Source of the DNA: Heterodontus francisci
Taxonomy: Eukaryota
Direction of reading: 5' to 3'
Assembly: GCF_036365525.1 (NCBI RefSeq)
Contig: NC_090399.1
Span: 50,004,430 to 50,068,429 of the forward strand
DNA length: 64,000 nucleotides
Of the stretch, positions 27,601-42,600 are shown in pieces (positions within the stretch are counted from its first letter, which is position 1; every line of letters begins with the position of its first letter). Made by a program: the position numbers and the translations under genes. The notes beneath the pieces were generated by a model. That model was not told the DNA's origin and did no database searches. It worked only from the letters and a program-made list of their open reading frames with translations.

Positions 27601-30600
27601 AGTATCCGGATCCAGATCACACTCTGCATCCCGATCCTGATCACACTCAGTATCCAGATCCAGATCAGACTCAGTATCCAGATCCAGATCACACTCAGCA
27701 TCCTGATCCATATCACACTCAGTATCCAGATCCAGATCACACTCAGTATCCGGATCCAGATCACACTCTGCATCCGGATCCAGATCAGACTCAGTATTCG
27801 GATCCAGATCACACTCAGTATCCGGATCCAGATCAGACTCAGTATCCGGATCCAGATCACACTCTGCATCCGGATCCAGATCACACTCTGCATCCGGATA
27901 CATATCACACTCAGCATCCCAATCCAGATCAGACTCAGTATCCAGATCCAGATCACACTCAGCATCCCGATCCAGATCACACTCAGTATCCGGATCCAGA
28001 TCATACTCTGCATCCGGATACAGATCACACTCAGTATCCGGATCCAGATCAGACTCAGTATCCAGATCCAGATCACACTCAGCATCCCGATCCAGATCAG
28101 ACTCAGTATCCGGATCCAGATCACACTCAGCATCCCGATTCAGATCAGGCTCAGTATCCAGATCCAGATCACACTCAGTATCCGGATCCAGATCACACTC
28201 TGCATCCGGATCCAGATCAGACTCAGTATCCGGATCCAGATCACACTCTGCATCCCGATCCAGATCAGACTCAGTATCCAGATCCAGATCACACTCAGCA
28301 TCCAGATCCAGATCACACTCAGTATCTGGATCCAGATCAGACTCAGTATCCGGATACAGATCACACTCAGCATCCCGATCCAAATCACACTCAGTATCCC
28401 GATTCAGATCAGGCTCAGTATCCAGATCCAGATCACACTCAGTATCCGGATCCAGATCACACTCTGCATCCGGATCCAGATCAGACTCAGTATCCGGATC
28501 CAGATCAAACTCTGCATCCGGATCCAGATCAGACTCAGCATCCCGATCCAGATCAGACTCAGCATCCAGATCCAGATCACACTCAGTATCTGGATCCAGA
28601 TCACACTCAGTATCCGGATCCAGATCACACTCAGCATCCCGATCCAGATCACACTCAGCATCCAGATCCAAATCACACTCAGTATCCGGATCCAGATCAC
28701 ACTCAGTATCTGGATCCAGATCACACTCAGTATCCGGATCCAGATCACACTCTGCATCCGGATCCAGATCACACTCAGCATCCCGATCCAGATCACACTC
28801 AGCATCCGGATCCAGATCACACTCATTATCCGGATCCAGATCACACTCAGTATCTGGATCCAGATCACACTCTGCATCCTGATCCAGATCAGACTCAGTA
28901 TCCAGATCCAGATCAGACTCAGTATCCGGATCCAGATCACACTCTGCATCCCGATCCAGATCACACTCAGCATCCAGATCCAGATCAGACTCAGTATCCG
29001 GATCCAGATCACACTCTGCATCCTGATCCAGATCAGACTCAGTATCCAGATCCAGATCAGACTCAGTATCCGGATCCAGATCACACTCTGCATCCTGATC
29101 CAGATCAGACTCAGTATCCAGATCCAGATCAGACTCAGTATCCGGATCCAGATCATACTCTGCATCCTGATACAGATCACACTCAGCATCTGGATCCAGA
29201 TCACACTCAGCACCTGGATCCAGATCACACTCTACACCCTGGTCCAGATCACACTCAGCATCCGGATCCAGATCACACTCAATATCCGGATCCAGATCAC
29301 ACTCTGCATCCTGATCCAGATCAGACTCAGTATCCAGATCCAGATCAGACTCAGTATCCGGATCCGGATCACACTCTGCATCCGGATACAGATCACACTC
29401 AGCACCTGGATCCAGATCACACTCTGCACCCTGGTCCAGATCACACTCAGCATCTGGATCCAGATCACACTCAGCACCTGGATCCAGATCACACTCTGCA
29501 CCCTGGTCCAGATCACACTCAGCATCCGGATCCAGATCACACTCAGCATCTGGATCCAGATCACACTCAGCACCTGGATCCAGATCACACTCTACACCCT
29601 GGTCCAGATCACACTCAGCATCCGGATCCAGATCACACTCAATATCCGGATACAGATCACACTCTGCATCCGCATCCGGATCACACTAAGTATCCGGATA
29701 CAGATCACACTCAGTATCCGGATCCAGATCACACTCTGCACCTTGATCCATATCACACTCAGCATCCCGATCCAGATCACACTCTGCATCTGGATCCAGA
29801 TCACACTCAGTATCCCGATCCAGATCACACTCTGCATCCGGATCCAGATCACACTCTGTATCCGGATCCAGATCACATTCTGCATCCAGATCCAGATCAC
29901 ACTCAGCATCCCGATCCAGATCACACTCAGTATCCAGATCCAGATCACACTCAGCATCCCGATCCAGATCACACTCAGCATCCGGATCCAGATCACACTC
30001 AGTATCCGGATCCAGGTCACACTCTGCATCCGGATCCATATCACACTCAGCATCCCGATCCAGATCAGACTCAGTATCCGGATCCAGGTCACACTCTGCA
30101 TCCGGATCCAGATCACACTCTGCATCCGGATCCAGATCACACTCAGCATCCCGATCCAGATCAGACTCAGTATCCAGATCCAGATCACACTCAGCATCCC
30201 GATTCAGATCAGGCTCAGTATCCAGATCCAGATCACACTCAGTATCTGGATCCAGATCACACTCTGCATCCGGATCCAGATCAGACTCAGTATCCGGATC
30301 CAGATCACACTCAGCATCCCGATCCAGATCAGGCTCAGTATCCAGATCCAGATCACACTCAGTATCCGGATCCAGATCATACTCTGCATCCAGATCCAGA
30401 TCAGACTCAGTATCCAGATCCAGATCAGACTCAGCATCCGGATCCAGATCACACTCTGCATCTGGATCCAGATCACACTCAGTATCCGGATCCAGATCAC
30501 ACTCAGTAACCGGGTCCAGATCACACTCAGCATCTGGATCCAGATCACACTCAGTGTCCGGATCCAGATCACACTCAGTATCCGGATCCAGATCAGACTC

Positions 30601-33600
30601 AGTATCCAGATCCAGATCAGACTCAGTATCCGGATCCAGATCACACTCTGCATCCTGATCCAGATCAGACTCAGTATCCAGATCCAGATCACTCTCTGCA
30701 TCCCGATCCAGATCAGGCTCAGTATCCAGATCCAGATCACACTCAGTATCCGGATCCAGATAACACTCTGCATCCGGATCCAGATCAGACTCAGTATCTG
30801 GATCCAGATCACACTCAGCATCTGGATCCAGATCACACTCTGCATCCGGATCCAGATCACACTCAGTATCCGGATCCAGATCACACTCTGCATCCGGATC
30901 CAGATCACACTCTGCATCCGGATTCAGATCACACTCAGTATCCAGATCCAGATCACACAGTATCCGGATCCAGATCACACTCAGCATCTGGATCCAGATC
31001 ACACTCAGCACCTGGATCCAGATCACACTCTGCACCCTGGTCCAGATCACACTCAGCATCCGGATCCAGATCACACTCAATATCCGGATCCAGATCACAC
31101 TCTGCATCCGGATCCGGATCACACTCAGTATCCGGATCCAGAACACACTCTGCATCCGGATACAGATCACACTCAGCATCTGGATCCAGATCACACTCAG
31201 CACCTGGATCCAGATCACACTCTACACCCTGGTCCAGATCACACTCAGCATCCGGATCCAGATCACACTCAATATCCGGATACAGATCACACTCTGCATC
31301 CGCATCCGGATCACACTAAGTATCCGGATACAGATCACACTCAGTATCCGGATCCAGATCACACTCTGCACCTTGATCCATATCACACTCAGCATCCCGA
31401 TCCAGATCACACTCAGTATCCCGATCCAGATCACACTCTGCATCCGGATCCAGATCACACTCTGTATCCGGATCCAGATCACATTCTGCATCCAGATCCA
31501 GATCACACTCAGCATCCCGATCCAGATCACACTCAGTATCCAGATCCAGATCACACTCAGCATCCCGATCCAGATCACACTCAGCATCCGGATCCAGATC
31601 ACACTCAGTATCCGGATCCAGGTCACACTCTGCATCCGGATCCAGATCACACTCAGCATCCCGATCCAGATCAGGCTCAGTATCCAGATCCAGATCACAC
31701 TCAGTATCCGGATCCAGATCACACTCTGCATCCGGATCCAGATCAGACTCAGTATCCAGATCACACTCAGCATCCCGATTCAGATCAGGCTCAGTATCCA
31801 GATCCAGATCACACTCAGTATCCGGATCCAGATCACACTCTGCATCCGGATCCAGATCAGACTCAGTATCCGGATCCAGATCACACTCTGCATCCCGATC
31901 CAGATCAGACTCAGTATCCAGATCCAGATCACACTCAGCATCCCGATCCAGATCAGGCTCAGTATCCAGATCCAGATCACACTCAGTATCCGGATCCAGA
32001 TCACACTCAGCATCTGGATCCAGATCACACTCTGCATCCAGATCCAGATCAGACTCAGTATCCGGATCCAGATCAGACTCAGTATCCGGATCCAGATCAC
32101 ACTCTGCATCTGGATCCAGATCACACTCAGTATCCGGATCCAGATCACACTCAGTAACCGGATCCAGATCACACTCAGCATCTGGATCCAGATCACACTC
32201 AGTGTCCGGATTCAGATCACACTCAGTATCCGGATCCAGATCGCACTCTGCATCCAGATCCAGATCAGACTCAGTATCCGGATCAAGATCACACTCTGCA
32301 TCCCGATCCAGATCAGACTCAGTATCCAGATCCAGATCACACTCAGCATCCCGATCCAGATCAGGCTCAGTATCCAGATCCAGATCAGACTCAGTATCCA
32401 GATCCAGATCACACTCTGCATCCGGATCCAGATCACACTCAGTATCCGGATCCAGATCAGACTCAGTATCCAGATCCAGATCAGACTCAGTATCCAGATC
32501 CAGATCACTCTCTGCATCCCGATCCAGATCAGGCTCAGTATCCAGATCCAGATCACACTCAGCATCCCGATCCAGATCAGGCTCAGTATCCAGATCCAGA
32601 TCAGACTCAGTATCCAGATCCAGATCACACTCTGCATCCGGATCCAGATCACACTCAGTATCCGGATCCAGATCAGACTCAGTATCCCGATCCAGATCAC
32701 ACTCAGTATCCAGATCCAGATCACACTCAGCATCCCGATCCAGATCAGACTCAGTATCCAGATCCAGATCACTCTCTGCATCCCGATCCAGATCAGGCTC
32801 AGTATCCAGATCCAGATCACACTCAGTATCCGGATCCAGATAACACTCTGCATCCGGATCCAGATCAGACTCAGTATCTGGATCCAGATCACACTCAGCA
32901 TCTGGATCCAGATCACACTCTGCATCCGGATCCAGATCACACTCAGTATCCGGATCCAGATCACACTCTGCATCCGGATCCAGATCAGACTCAGTATCTG
33001 GATCCAGATCACACTCAGCATCTGGATCCAGATCACACTCTGCATCCGGATCCAGATCACACTCAGTATCCGGATCCAGATCACACTCTGCATCCGGATC
33101 CAGATCACACTCTGCATCCGGATTCAGATCACACTCAGTATCCGGATCCAGATCACACTCAGCATCTGGATCCAGATCACACTCAGCACCTGGATCCAGA
33201 TCACACTCTGCACCCTGGTCCAGATCACACTCAGCATCCGGATCCAGATCACACTCAATATCCGGATCCAGATCACACTCTGCATCCGGATCCGGATCAC
33301 ACTCAGTATCCGGATCCAGAACACACTCTGCATCCGGATACAGATCACACTCAGCATCTGGATCCAGATCACACTCTGCATCCGGATCCAGATCACACTC
33401 TGCATCCGGATCCAGATCACACTCTGCATCCGGATTCAGATCACACTCAGTATCCGGATCCAGATCACACTCAGCATCTGGATCCAGATCACACTCAGCA
33501 CCTGGATCCAGATCACACTCTGCACCCTGGTCCAGATCACACTCAGCATCCGGATCCAGATCACACTCAATATCCGGATACAGATCACACTCTGCATCCG

Positions 33601-36600
33601 CATCCGGATCACACTAAGTATCCGGATACAGATCACACTCAGTATCCGGATCCAGATCACACTCTGCACCTTGATCCATATCACACTCAGCATCCCGATC
33701 CAGATCACACTCAGTATCCTGATCCAGATCACACTCTGCATCCGGATCCAGATCACACTCTGTATCCGGATCCAGATCACATTCTGCATCCAGATCCAGA
33801 TCACACTCAGCATCCCGATCCAGATCACACTCAGTATCCAGATCCAGATCACACTCAGCATCCCGATCCAGATCACACTCAGCATCCGGATCCAGATCAC
33901 ACTCAGTATCCGGATCCAGGTCACACTCTGCATCCGGATCCAGATCACACTCAGCATCCCGATCCAGATCAGACTCAGTATCCAGATCACACTCAGCATC
34001 CCGATTCAGATCAGGCTCAGTATCCAGATCCAGATCACACTCAGTATCCGGATCCAGATCACACTCTGCATCCGGATCCAGATCAGACTCAGTATCCGGA
34101 TCCAGATCACACTCTGCATCCCGATCCAGATCAGACTCAGTATCCAGATCCAGATCACACTCAGCATCCCGATCCAGATCAGGCTCAGTATCCAGATCCA
34201 GATCACACTCAGTATCCGGATCCAGATCACACTCAGCATCTGGATCCAGATCACACTCTGCATCCAGATCCAGATCAGACTCAGTATCCGGATCCAGATC
34301 AGACTCAGTATCCGGATCCAGATCACACTCTGCATCTGGATCCAGATCACACTCAGTATCCGGATCCAGATCACACTCAGTAACCGGATCCAGATCACAC
34401 TCAGCATCTGGATCCAGATCACACTCAGTGTCCGGATTCAGATCACACTCAGTATCCGGATCCAGATCGCACTCTGCATCCAGATCCAGATCAGACTCAG
34501 TATCCGGATCAAGATCACACTCTGCATCCCGATCCAGATCAGACTCAGTATCCAGATCCAGATCACACTCAGCATCCCGATCCAGATCAGGCTCAGTATC
34601 CAGATCCAGATCAGACTCAGTATCCAGATCCAGATCACACTCTGCATCCGGATCCAGATCACACTCAGTATCCGGATCCAGATCAGACTCAGTATCCGGA
34701 TCCAGATCACACTCTGCATCCGGATCCAGATCACACTCAGTATCCGGATCCAGATCACACTCAGTATCCGGATCCAGATCACACTCAGTATCCAGATCCA
34801 GATCACACTCAGCATCCCGATCCAGATCACACTCAGCATCCGGATCCAGATCACACTCAGTATCCGGATCCAGGTCACACTCTGCATCCGGATCCAGATC
34901 ACACTCAGCATCCCGATCCAGATCAGACTCAGTATCCAGATCACACTCAGCATCCCGATTCAGATCAGGCTCAGTATCCAGATCCAGATCACACTCAGTA
35001 TCCGGATCCAGATCACACTCTGCATCCGGATCCAGATCAGACTCAGTATCCGGATCCAGATCACACTCTGCATCCCGATCCAGATCAGACTCAGTATCCA
35101 GATCCAGATCACACTCAGCATCCCGATCCAGATCAGGCTCAGTATCCAGATCCAGATCACACTCAGTATCCGGATCCAGATCACACTCAGCATCTGGATC
35201 CAGATCACACTCTGCATCCAGATCCAGATCAGACTCAGTATCCGGATCCAGATCAGACTCAGTATCCGGATCCAGATCACACTCTGCATCTGGATCCAGA
35301 TCACACTCAGTATCCGGATCCAGATCACACTCAGTAACCGGATCCAGATCACACTCAGCATCTGGATCCAGATCACACTCAGTGTCCGGATTCAGATCAC
35401 ACTCAGTATCCGGATCCAGATCGCACTCTGCATCCAGATCCAGATCAGACTCAGTATCCGGATCAAGATCACACTCTGCATCCCGATCCAGATCAGACTC
35501 AGTATCCAGATCCAGATCACACTCAGCATCCCGATCCAGATCAGGCTCAGTATCCAGATCCAGATCAGACTCAGTATCCAGATCCAGATCACACTCTGCA
35601 TCCGGATCCAGATCACACTCAGTATCCGGATCCAGATCAGACTCAGTATCCGGATCCAGATCACACTCTGCATCCGGATCCAGATCACACTCAGTATCCG
35701 GATCCAGATCACACTCAGTATCCGGATCCAGATCACACTCAGCATCTGGATCCAGATCACACTCAGCACCTGGATCCAGATCACACTCTGCACCCTGGTC
35801 CAGATCACACTCAGCATCCGGATCCAGATCACACTCAATATCCGGATCCAGATCACACTCTGCATCCGGATCCAGATCACACTAAGTATCCGGATCCAGA
35901 TCACACTCAGTATCCGGATCCAGATCACACTCAGCATCTGGATCCAGATCACACTCTGCACCCTGTCCAGATCACACTCAGCATCCGGATCCAGATCACA
36001 CTCAATATCCGGATCCAGATCACACTCTGCATCCGGATCCGGATCACACTAAGTATCCGGATACAGATCACACTCAGCATCTGGATCCAGATCACACTCA
36101 GCACCTGGATCCAGATCACACTCTACACCCTGGTCCATATCACACTCTGCATCCGGTTCCAGATCACACTCTGCACCCGGATCACAGTTACACTCCGAAC
36201 CTGGATCCAGATCACATTCTGCACCCGGATCTCAGTCACACTCTGAACCTGGATTCAGATCACACTCTGCACCCGGATCACAGTCACACACTGATCTAGG
36301 ATCCAGATCACACTCTGCACCCGGATCTCAGTCACACTTTGCACCTGGATCTAGATCACACTCTGCACTTGGACCCTAGTCACACTCTGCACCAGGATCC
36401 TGATCACACTCTGCACCAGGATACCAGTCACACCCTGCACCAGGATACCAGTCACACTCTTCACCCGGATCCCAGTCACACCCTGCACTAGGATCCCAGT
36501 CACACTCTGCACCCGGATCCCAGTCACACCCTGCACCAGGATCCCAGTCACACTCTGCACCAGGATCCTGATCACACTCTGCACCAGGATCCCAGTCACA

Positions 36601-39600
36601 CTCTGCACCAGGATCTTGATCACACTCTGCACCCGGATCCCAGTCACACCCTGCACCAGGATCCCAGTCACACTCTGCACCAGGTCCTGATCACACTCTG
36701 CACCCGGATCCCAGTCACACCCTGCACCCGGATCACAGTCACACTCTGCACCCGGATCCCAGTCACACTCTGCACCAGGATCCCAGTCACACTCTGCACC
36801 AGGATCCTGATCACACTCTGCACCTGGATTCTAATCACACTCTGCACCTGGATCCAGATCACAATCTGCACCTGGATGCTGATCACACTCGGCACCCAAA
36901 TCCCAGTCACACTCTGCACCCGGATCCAGATCACACTCTGCACCTGGATCCAGATCACACTCTGCACCTGGATCCCAGTCATGCTCTGCACCCGGATCCC
37001 AGTCACACTCTGCACCTGGATCCCAGTCACACTCTGCAACAAGATCCCAGTCACACTCTGCATCCGGATCCAGATCACACTCTGCACCTGGATCCAGATC
37101 ACACTCTGCACCTGGATCCCAGTCATGCTCTGCACCTGGATCTCAGTCACACTCTGCATCCGGATCCCAGTCACTGTCTGCACCCGGTTCCAGATCACAC
37201 TCTGCACCCGTATCCCGATCACACTCTGCACACGGATCCCAGTCACTGTCTGCACCCGGTTCCAGATCACACTCTGCACCCGTATCCTGATCACACTCTG
37301 CACATGGATCCCAGTCACACTCTGCACCCGGATCCAGATCACACTCTGCACCTGGATCCCAGTCATGCTCTGCACCTGGATCTCAGTCACACTCTGCATC
37401 CGGATCCCAGTCACTGTCTGCACCCGGTTCCAGATCACACTCTGCACCCGTATCCTGATCACACTCTGCACATGGATCCCAGTCACACTCTGCACCCGGA
37501 TCCAGATCACACACTGCACCTGGATCCAGATCACACACTGCACCTGGATCCAGATCACACTCTGCACCTGGATGAGGATCACACTCTGCACCTGGATCCC
37601 AGTCACTCTCTGCACCCGGATCCCGATCACACTCTGCACCCGGATCCAGATCACACACTGCACCTGGATTCAGATCACACTCTGCACCTGGATGAGGATC
37701 ACACTCTGCACCTGGATCCCAGTCACTGTCTGCACCTGGATCCCGATCACACTCTGCACCTGGATGAGGATCACACTCTGCACCTGGATCCCAATCACAC
37801 TCTGCACCCGGATCCCAGTCACTGTCTGCACCCGGTTCCAGATCACACTCTGCACCCGTATCCCGATCACACTCTGCACACGGATCCCAGTCACACTCTG
37901 CACCTGGATCCCGATCACACTCTGCACCCGGATCCAGATCACACACTGCACCTGGATCCAGATCACACTCTGCACCTGGATGAGGATCACACTCTGCACC
38001 TGGATCCCAGTCACTCTCTGCACCCGGATCCCGATCACACTCTGCACCCGGATCCAGATCACACACTGCACCTGGATTCAGATCACACTCTGCACCTGGA
38101 TCCCGATCACACTCTGTACCCGGATCCCGATCACACTCTGCACCCGGATCCCGATCACACTCTGCACCCGGATCCCAATCACACTCTGCACCCGGATCCC
38201 AATCACACTCTGCACCCGGATCCCAGTCACACATTGCACCTGGATTCCAGTCACACTCAGCACCCGGATCCCAGTCACACTCTGCACCCGGATCCCGATC
38301 ACACTCTGCACCTAGATCCCAGTCACACTCTGCACCTAGATCCCAGTCACACTCTGCACCTGGATCCTGATCACACTCTTCCCCATGGGTCCAGATCACA
38401 CTTTGCACCTGGATACCAGTCACACTCTGCACCTGAATCCCCATCACCCTCTACACCTGGATCCTGATCACACTTTGCACCCGGATCCCAATCACAGTCT
38501 GCACCTGGATCCAGATCACACTCTGCACCTGGATCCCAGTCACCGTCTACACCCAGATTCTGATCATACTTTACACCTGGATCCCAATCACAGTCTGCAC
38601 CTGAATCCAGATCACACTCTGCACCTGGATCCCAATCACACTCTACACCCAGATCTAGATCACACCCTGCGCCCGGATCCAGATCACACTCTGCACCTGG
38701 ATCCCAGTCACCCACTACACCCGGATCCAGATCACATTCTGCACCCGGATCCCGATCACACTTTGCACCTGGATCCCAATCACACTCTACACCCGGATCC
38801 CGATCACACTCAGCACCTGGATGCAGATCACATTCCGTATGTAAATGATGGTTTTCCACTTGCCTTTTCTTTCCAGAGCTGCTTTACCAGCTGCAAGGGT
38901 TTTCTGCAGATTTTGAATACAGCCTTCGCGCAGTGACTTGATAAAAGTGATATCGGTGGTTAGCATTTGTTGAAATTCATTCTGCAGCATGCTAAAAATG
39001 CCTTCTGCCTTGCAATGCATGGTGGCCGTGTCACATTCAATCTCTCCAAGCATGCCAGTGTATATCTTTACAAAGCCGATGGTGCTGTTGTTGTTGTATT
39101 GTGTGCAGCTCCAGAGTCCCTGAAGGTATGTCACAGCTGGAAATGATCAACAGGTCGAGCAGGCATTATTGTCAGAACTCTCCAATCCCCTCGCCATTGA
39201 ATAGCGTCTCTGATACCCGAGTGAGTAAATGTACCGTCCGCAGAGGTACAGAGAAGGAAGACCCGACAAGAGACTGTGGTGAGTGACTCTACTCTTGCTC
39301 TAGTTTCTCTCTTGTCTCCCCTCATGCCCTCTCCAAGTTCGTCTTTTCCATGGGATGCACATCCAGCTCCCTCGACCCCATTCCCACTGAACTGCTGGTC
39401 ACCCAACTTCCCATTGTGTTGTGTGTCCAGTACTTTAGGAAGGATGTGAAGGTATTGGAGGGGTACGGAAAGGTGCGAGAATGTTTCTGGGTGATGAGGG
39501 AATTCTGTTACGTGGATAGATTGGAGAAGCTGGGCCTGTGCTTTATAGAGAAGAGAAGGTTGTCAGGAGATTTGACAGCAGTGTTCAAAATCACGAGGGG

Positions 39601-42600
39601 TCGAGACAGAGTAGATAGAGAGAAACTGTTCCCAGGGTCCGGAACCAGAGGACATCGATTTAAAGCGAATGACAAAAGAACCAGAGGGGACATGAGGAAA
39701 ACGATTTTTACACAGTAAGTGGTTAGAATCTGGAATGCACTGCCTGAGAGTGTGGTGGAGGTAGGTTCAATCAAGGCCTTCAAAACTGAATTGGATAGTT
39801 ATCTGAAGATAAAAGATTTGCACGGATACAGGGGAAAGGCAGCGCAGTAGAAGTAGCTGTGTTTCTCTTGCAGCGAGCTGGCACAGACACGACGGGTCGA
39901 ATGACCTCCTTCTGTGCTGCTAGCCATTCTATGATTCACTGATTCTATTCTCTTCCTGGGTCCCATGTTACCTGACATTAATGATTCTCCCTCCTCAGAG
40001 GAGTTCTGTCCCTCTCTGCTTCAAATCTGCTCTCATCATTCGTCTCCTTAAAAAAACCAACCCTTGACCCCCACCATCCTTGCAAGCTCCCTTTCTTCTC
40101 CATACTTCTTGAATGCGTTGCCACCTCCCAAATCCGTGCCCATATTTCCTGGAACTCCATGGTTGAATCCCTCCAATCATGTTTCCGCCCCCTGCCACAG
40201 TACCGAAATGGCTCTTATCGAAGTCATAAATGACATCCTATGTGATTGTGACAAAGGTAAACTTTCCCTCCTCGTCCTTCTCGACCTGTCTGCAACCTTT
40301 GACACGGTTGACCACACCATCCTCCTCCAACGCCTCTGCACTGTTGTCCAGTTGAATGGGACTGCCCTCACCTGGTTCCATTCTTCTGTAGTTAATCATA
40401 CCCAGAGTATCACTTGCAATGGCTTCTCTTTCTGCTCCTGCACTGTTATCTCTAGTTTCCCCCAAAGATCTATCCTTGGCCCCCTCTTATTTCTCATCTA
40501 CCTGCTGCCCCTCAGTAACATCATCCAAAAGTGCAGTATTAGTTTTCACATGTGCACTGACGACACCCAGCTTTACCTCACCACCGCCTCTCTCGACTCC
40601 TCCGCTGTTGCTAAATTATCAGACTGCTTATCTGACATCCAGTACTGGATAAACAGAAATTTCCTCCAATTTAATATTGGGAAGACTGAAACCATTGTCT
40701 TAGTGCCCTCAAACACGGTTCCCTAGTTACCAACTCCATCTCTCTCTCTCTCTCTCTCTCTCTAGCTCAAACTAAAACAGACTGTTGACAACCTTCGTGT
40801 CACATTTGACCCCAAGATGAGTTTCCAATCACATATTTGCACCATTACTGAGACTGCCTATTTCCACCTCCATCACATCTCCTGCTTGCCCCCTGCCTCA
40901 TCTCCTCTGCTGGTGAAACCCTCCTGCCTTTATTAACTCCTGGCCAGTCTCCCATATTCTAGTCTCCATTAACTTGAGCCCTTTCAGAACTCTGCTGCCT
41001 ATTCCTTAACTCGCACCAAGTCCCATTCACCTATCACCATGTACTCACTGACTTACATGGACTTCCTGTCAAGCAACGTTTTGATTTTAAAATTCTCATC
41101 CGTGTTTTCAAATTCCTCCAAGGCCTCACCTCTCCCTATCTCTGGAATCTCCTCCAGGCCTACAACCCTCTGAGATATCTGCACTTCTCTAATTCTGGCC
41201 TCTTGTGCATCCCCGATTTTAATCACTCCACCATTGCTGGCTGTACCTTCAGCTACTGAGGCCTTAAGAGCTGGAAATCCCTCCCGAAACCTCTCCACCT
41301 CACTCACACACTTTACTCCTTTAAGAGCTCCTTAAGACCTACCTCTTTGACCAAGCTTTTGGGCATTTAACCTAATGTCTCCTTAGGTGGTCGGGGGCAC
41401 ATTTTGTTTGGTTACTCTCGTTTAAAGGACTTTGGGACATTTTATTATGTTAAAGGCACAATATATTGTTATTATCTTTTTGTCCTTGTAATTCTGTAAC
41501 TGGAGAGGTGAAGAACCTATTCTCGATGTCTCTTGTGAGCAATAATTCCCACTAAGAAACCTTTGATATGATTGACACATTGGCATCTACCCAGCATGCA
41601 GTTCGGCTTTAACCTACAAGGGCAACAGAGGTCAAATGAAACGCACCAAGCAATCCGAGGAATGGAGCGACCTTACTGGAGAGAAGCTGTTGAAGAGCGT
41701 TTGCAGTCTTAGTCTGCTGCACCCAGTAGTCATCTGTAAAATTGTCGACCATCCATAGCTGCCTGGGCACGCTCTTCTTGAGGTTGCTGTCGTAGTACTG
41801 GGTCTGCAGGTCATCCAGCATCCTGACCACAGAGAGCTCTGGCAGGCCAAGGAGAGGGGTGCTGTAGATGTAGCGAGACATCAAAGTGTGGGAGCCTGAG
41901 GGAAAGTTGCAGAGAAGGATTGTGAATGTGGGAGGGGCCCAAACCTGCAGATTGTGAACCACCTTTGACCTCTAGCCTCCAGGAGAAGGAGCAGGACATA
42001 GAACATAGGAAATAGGAGCAGGAGTAGACCAAACGGCCCATCGAGTCAGCTCCGCCATTCAATAAGATCATGGCTGACCCTTGACTTCAATTCCACTTTC
42101 CCACCCGCTCCCCATATTCTTGATTTCCCGAGCGACCAAAAAATCTGTCTGTCTCAGCTCTAAATATATTCAACGATGGAGCATCCACCACCCTCTGGGG
42201 TAGAGAATGCCAAAGGTTCACAACCCTCTGAGTGAAGACATTTCTCCTCCTCCCAGTTCCAAGTGATCACCCCATTATCCTGAGACTCTGCCCTCGTCTT
42301 CCAGATTCCCCAGGCAGGAACAACAACCTCTCAGTGTCAACCCCTTCAGAATCTTGTATGATTCAATGAGATTACCTCTCATTCTTCTGAACTCCAGCGA
42401 GTACAGACCCAATTTGCTCAGCCACTCATCAGAGGACAACCCTCTCATTCCCAGGGACCAACCTAGTGAACCTTCACTGCACCGTCTCTAAGACGAGTAT
42501 GCCCTTCCTTAGGCATGGAGACCAAAACCATAAATAGGGCTCCAGGTGTGGTCTCACCAAAGTCCCGTATAATTGCCGCAAGGCTTCCTTATTCTTGTTC

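Noticed and set aside
23999-38936. Very long ORFs (1542-aa DLDPDTEC, SR-rich, IQITLS and PDPDHT repeats)
   Set aside because: They are translations of a 24-bp minisatellite that is open in several frames on both strands. It lies in an intron and has no unique coding flanks.
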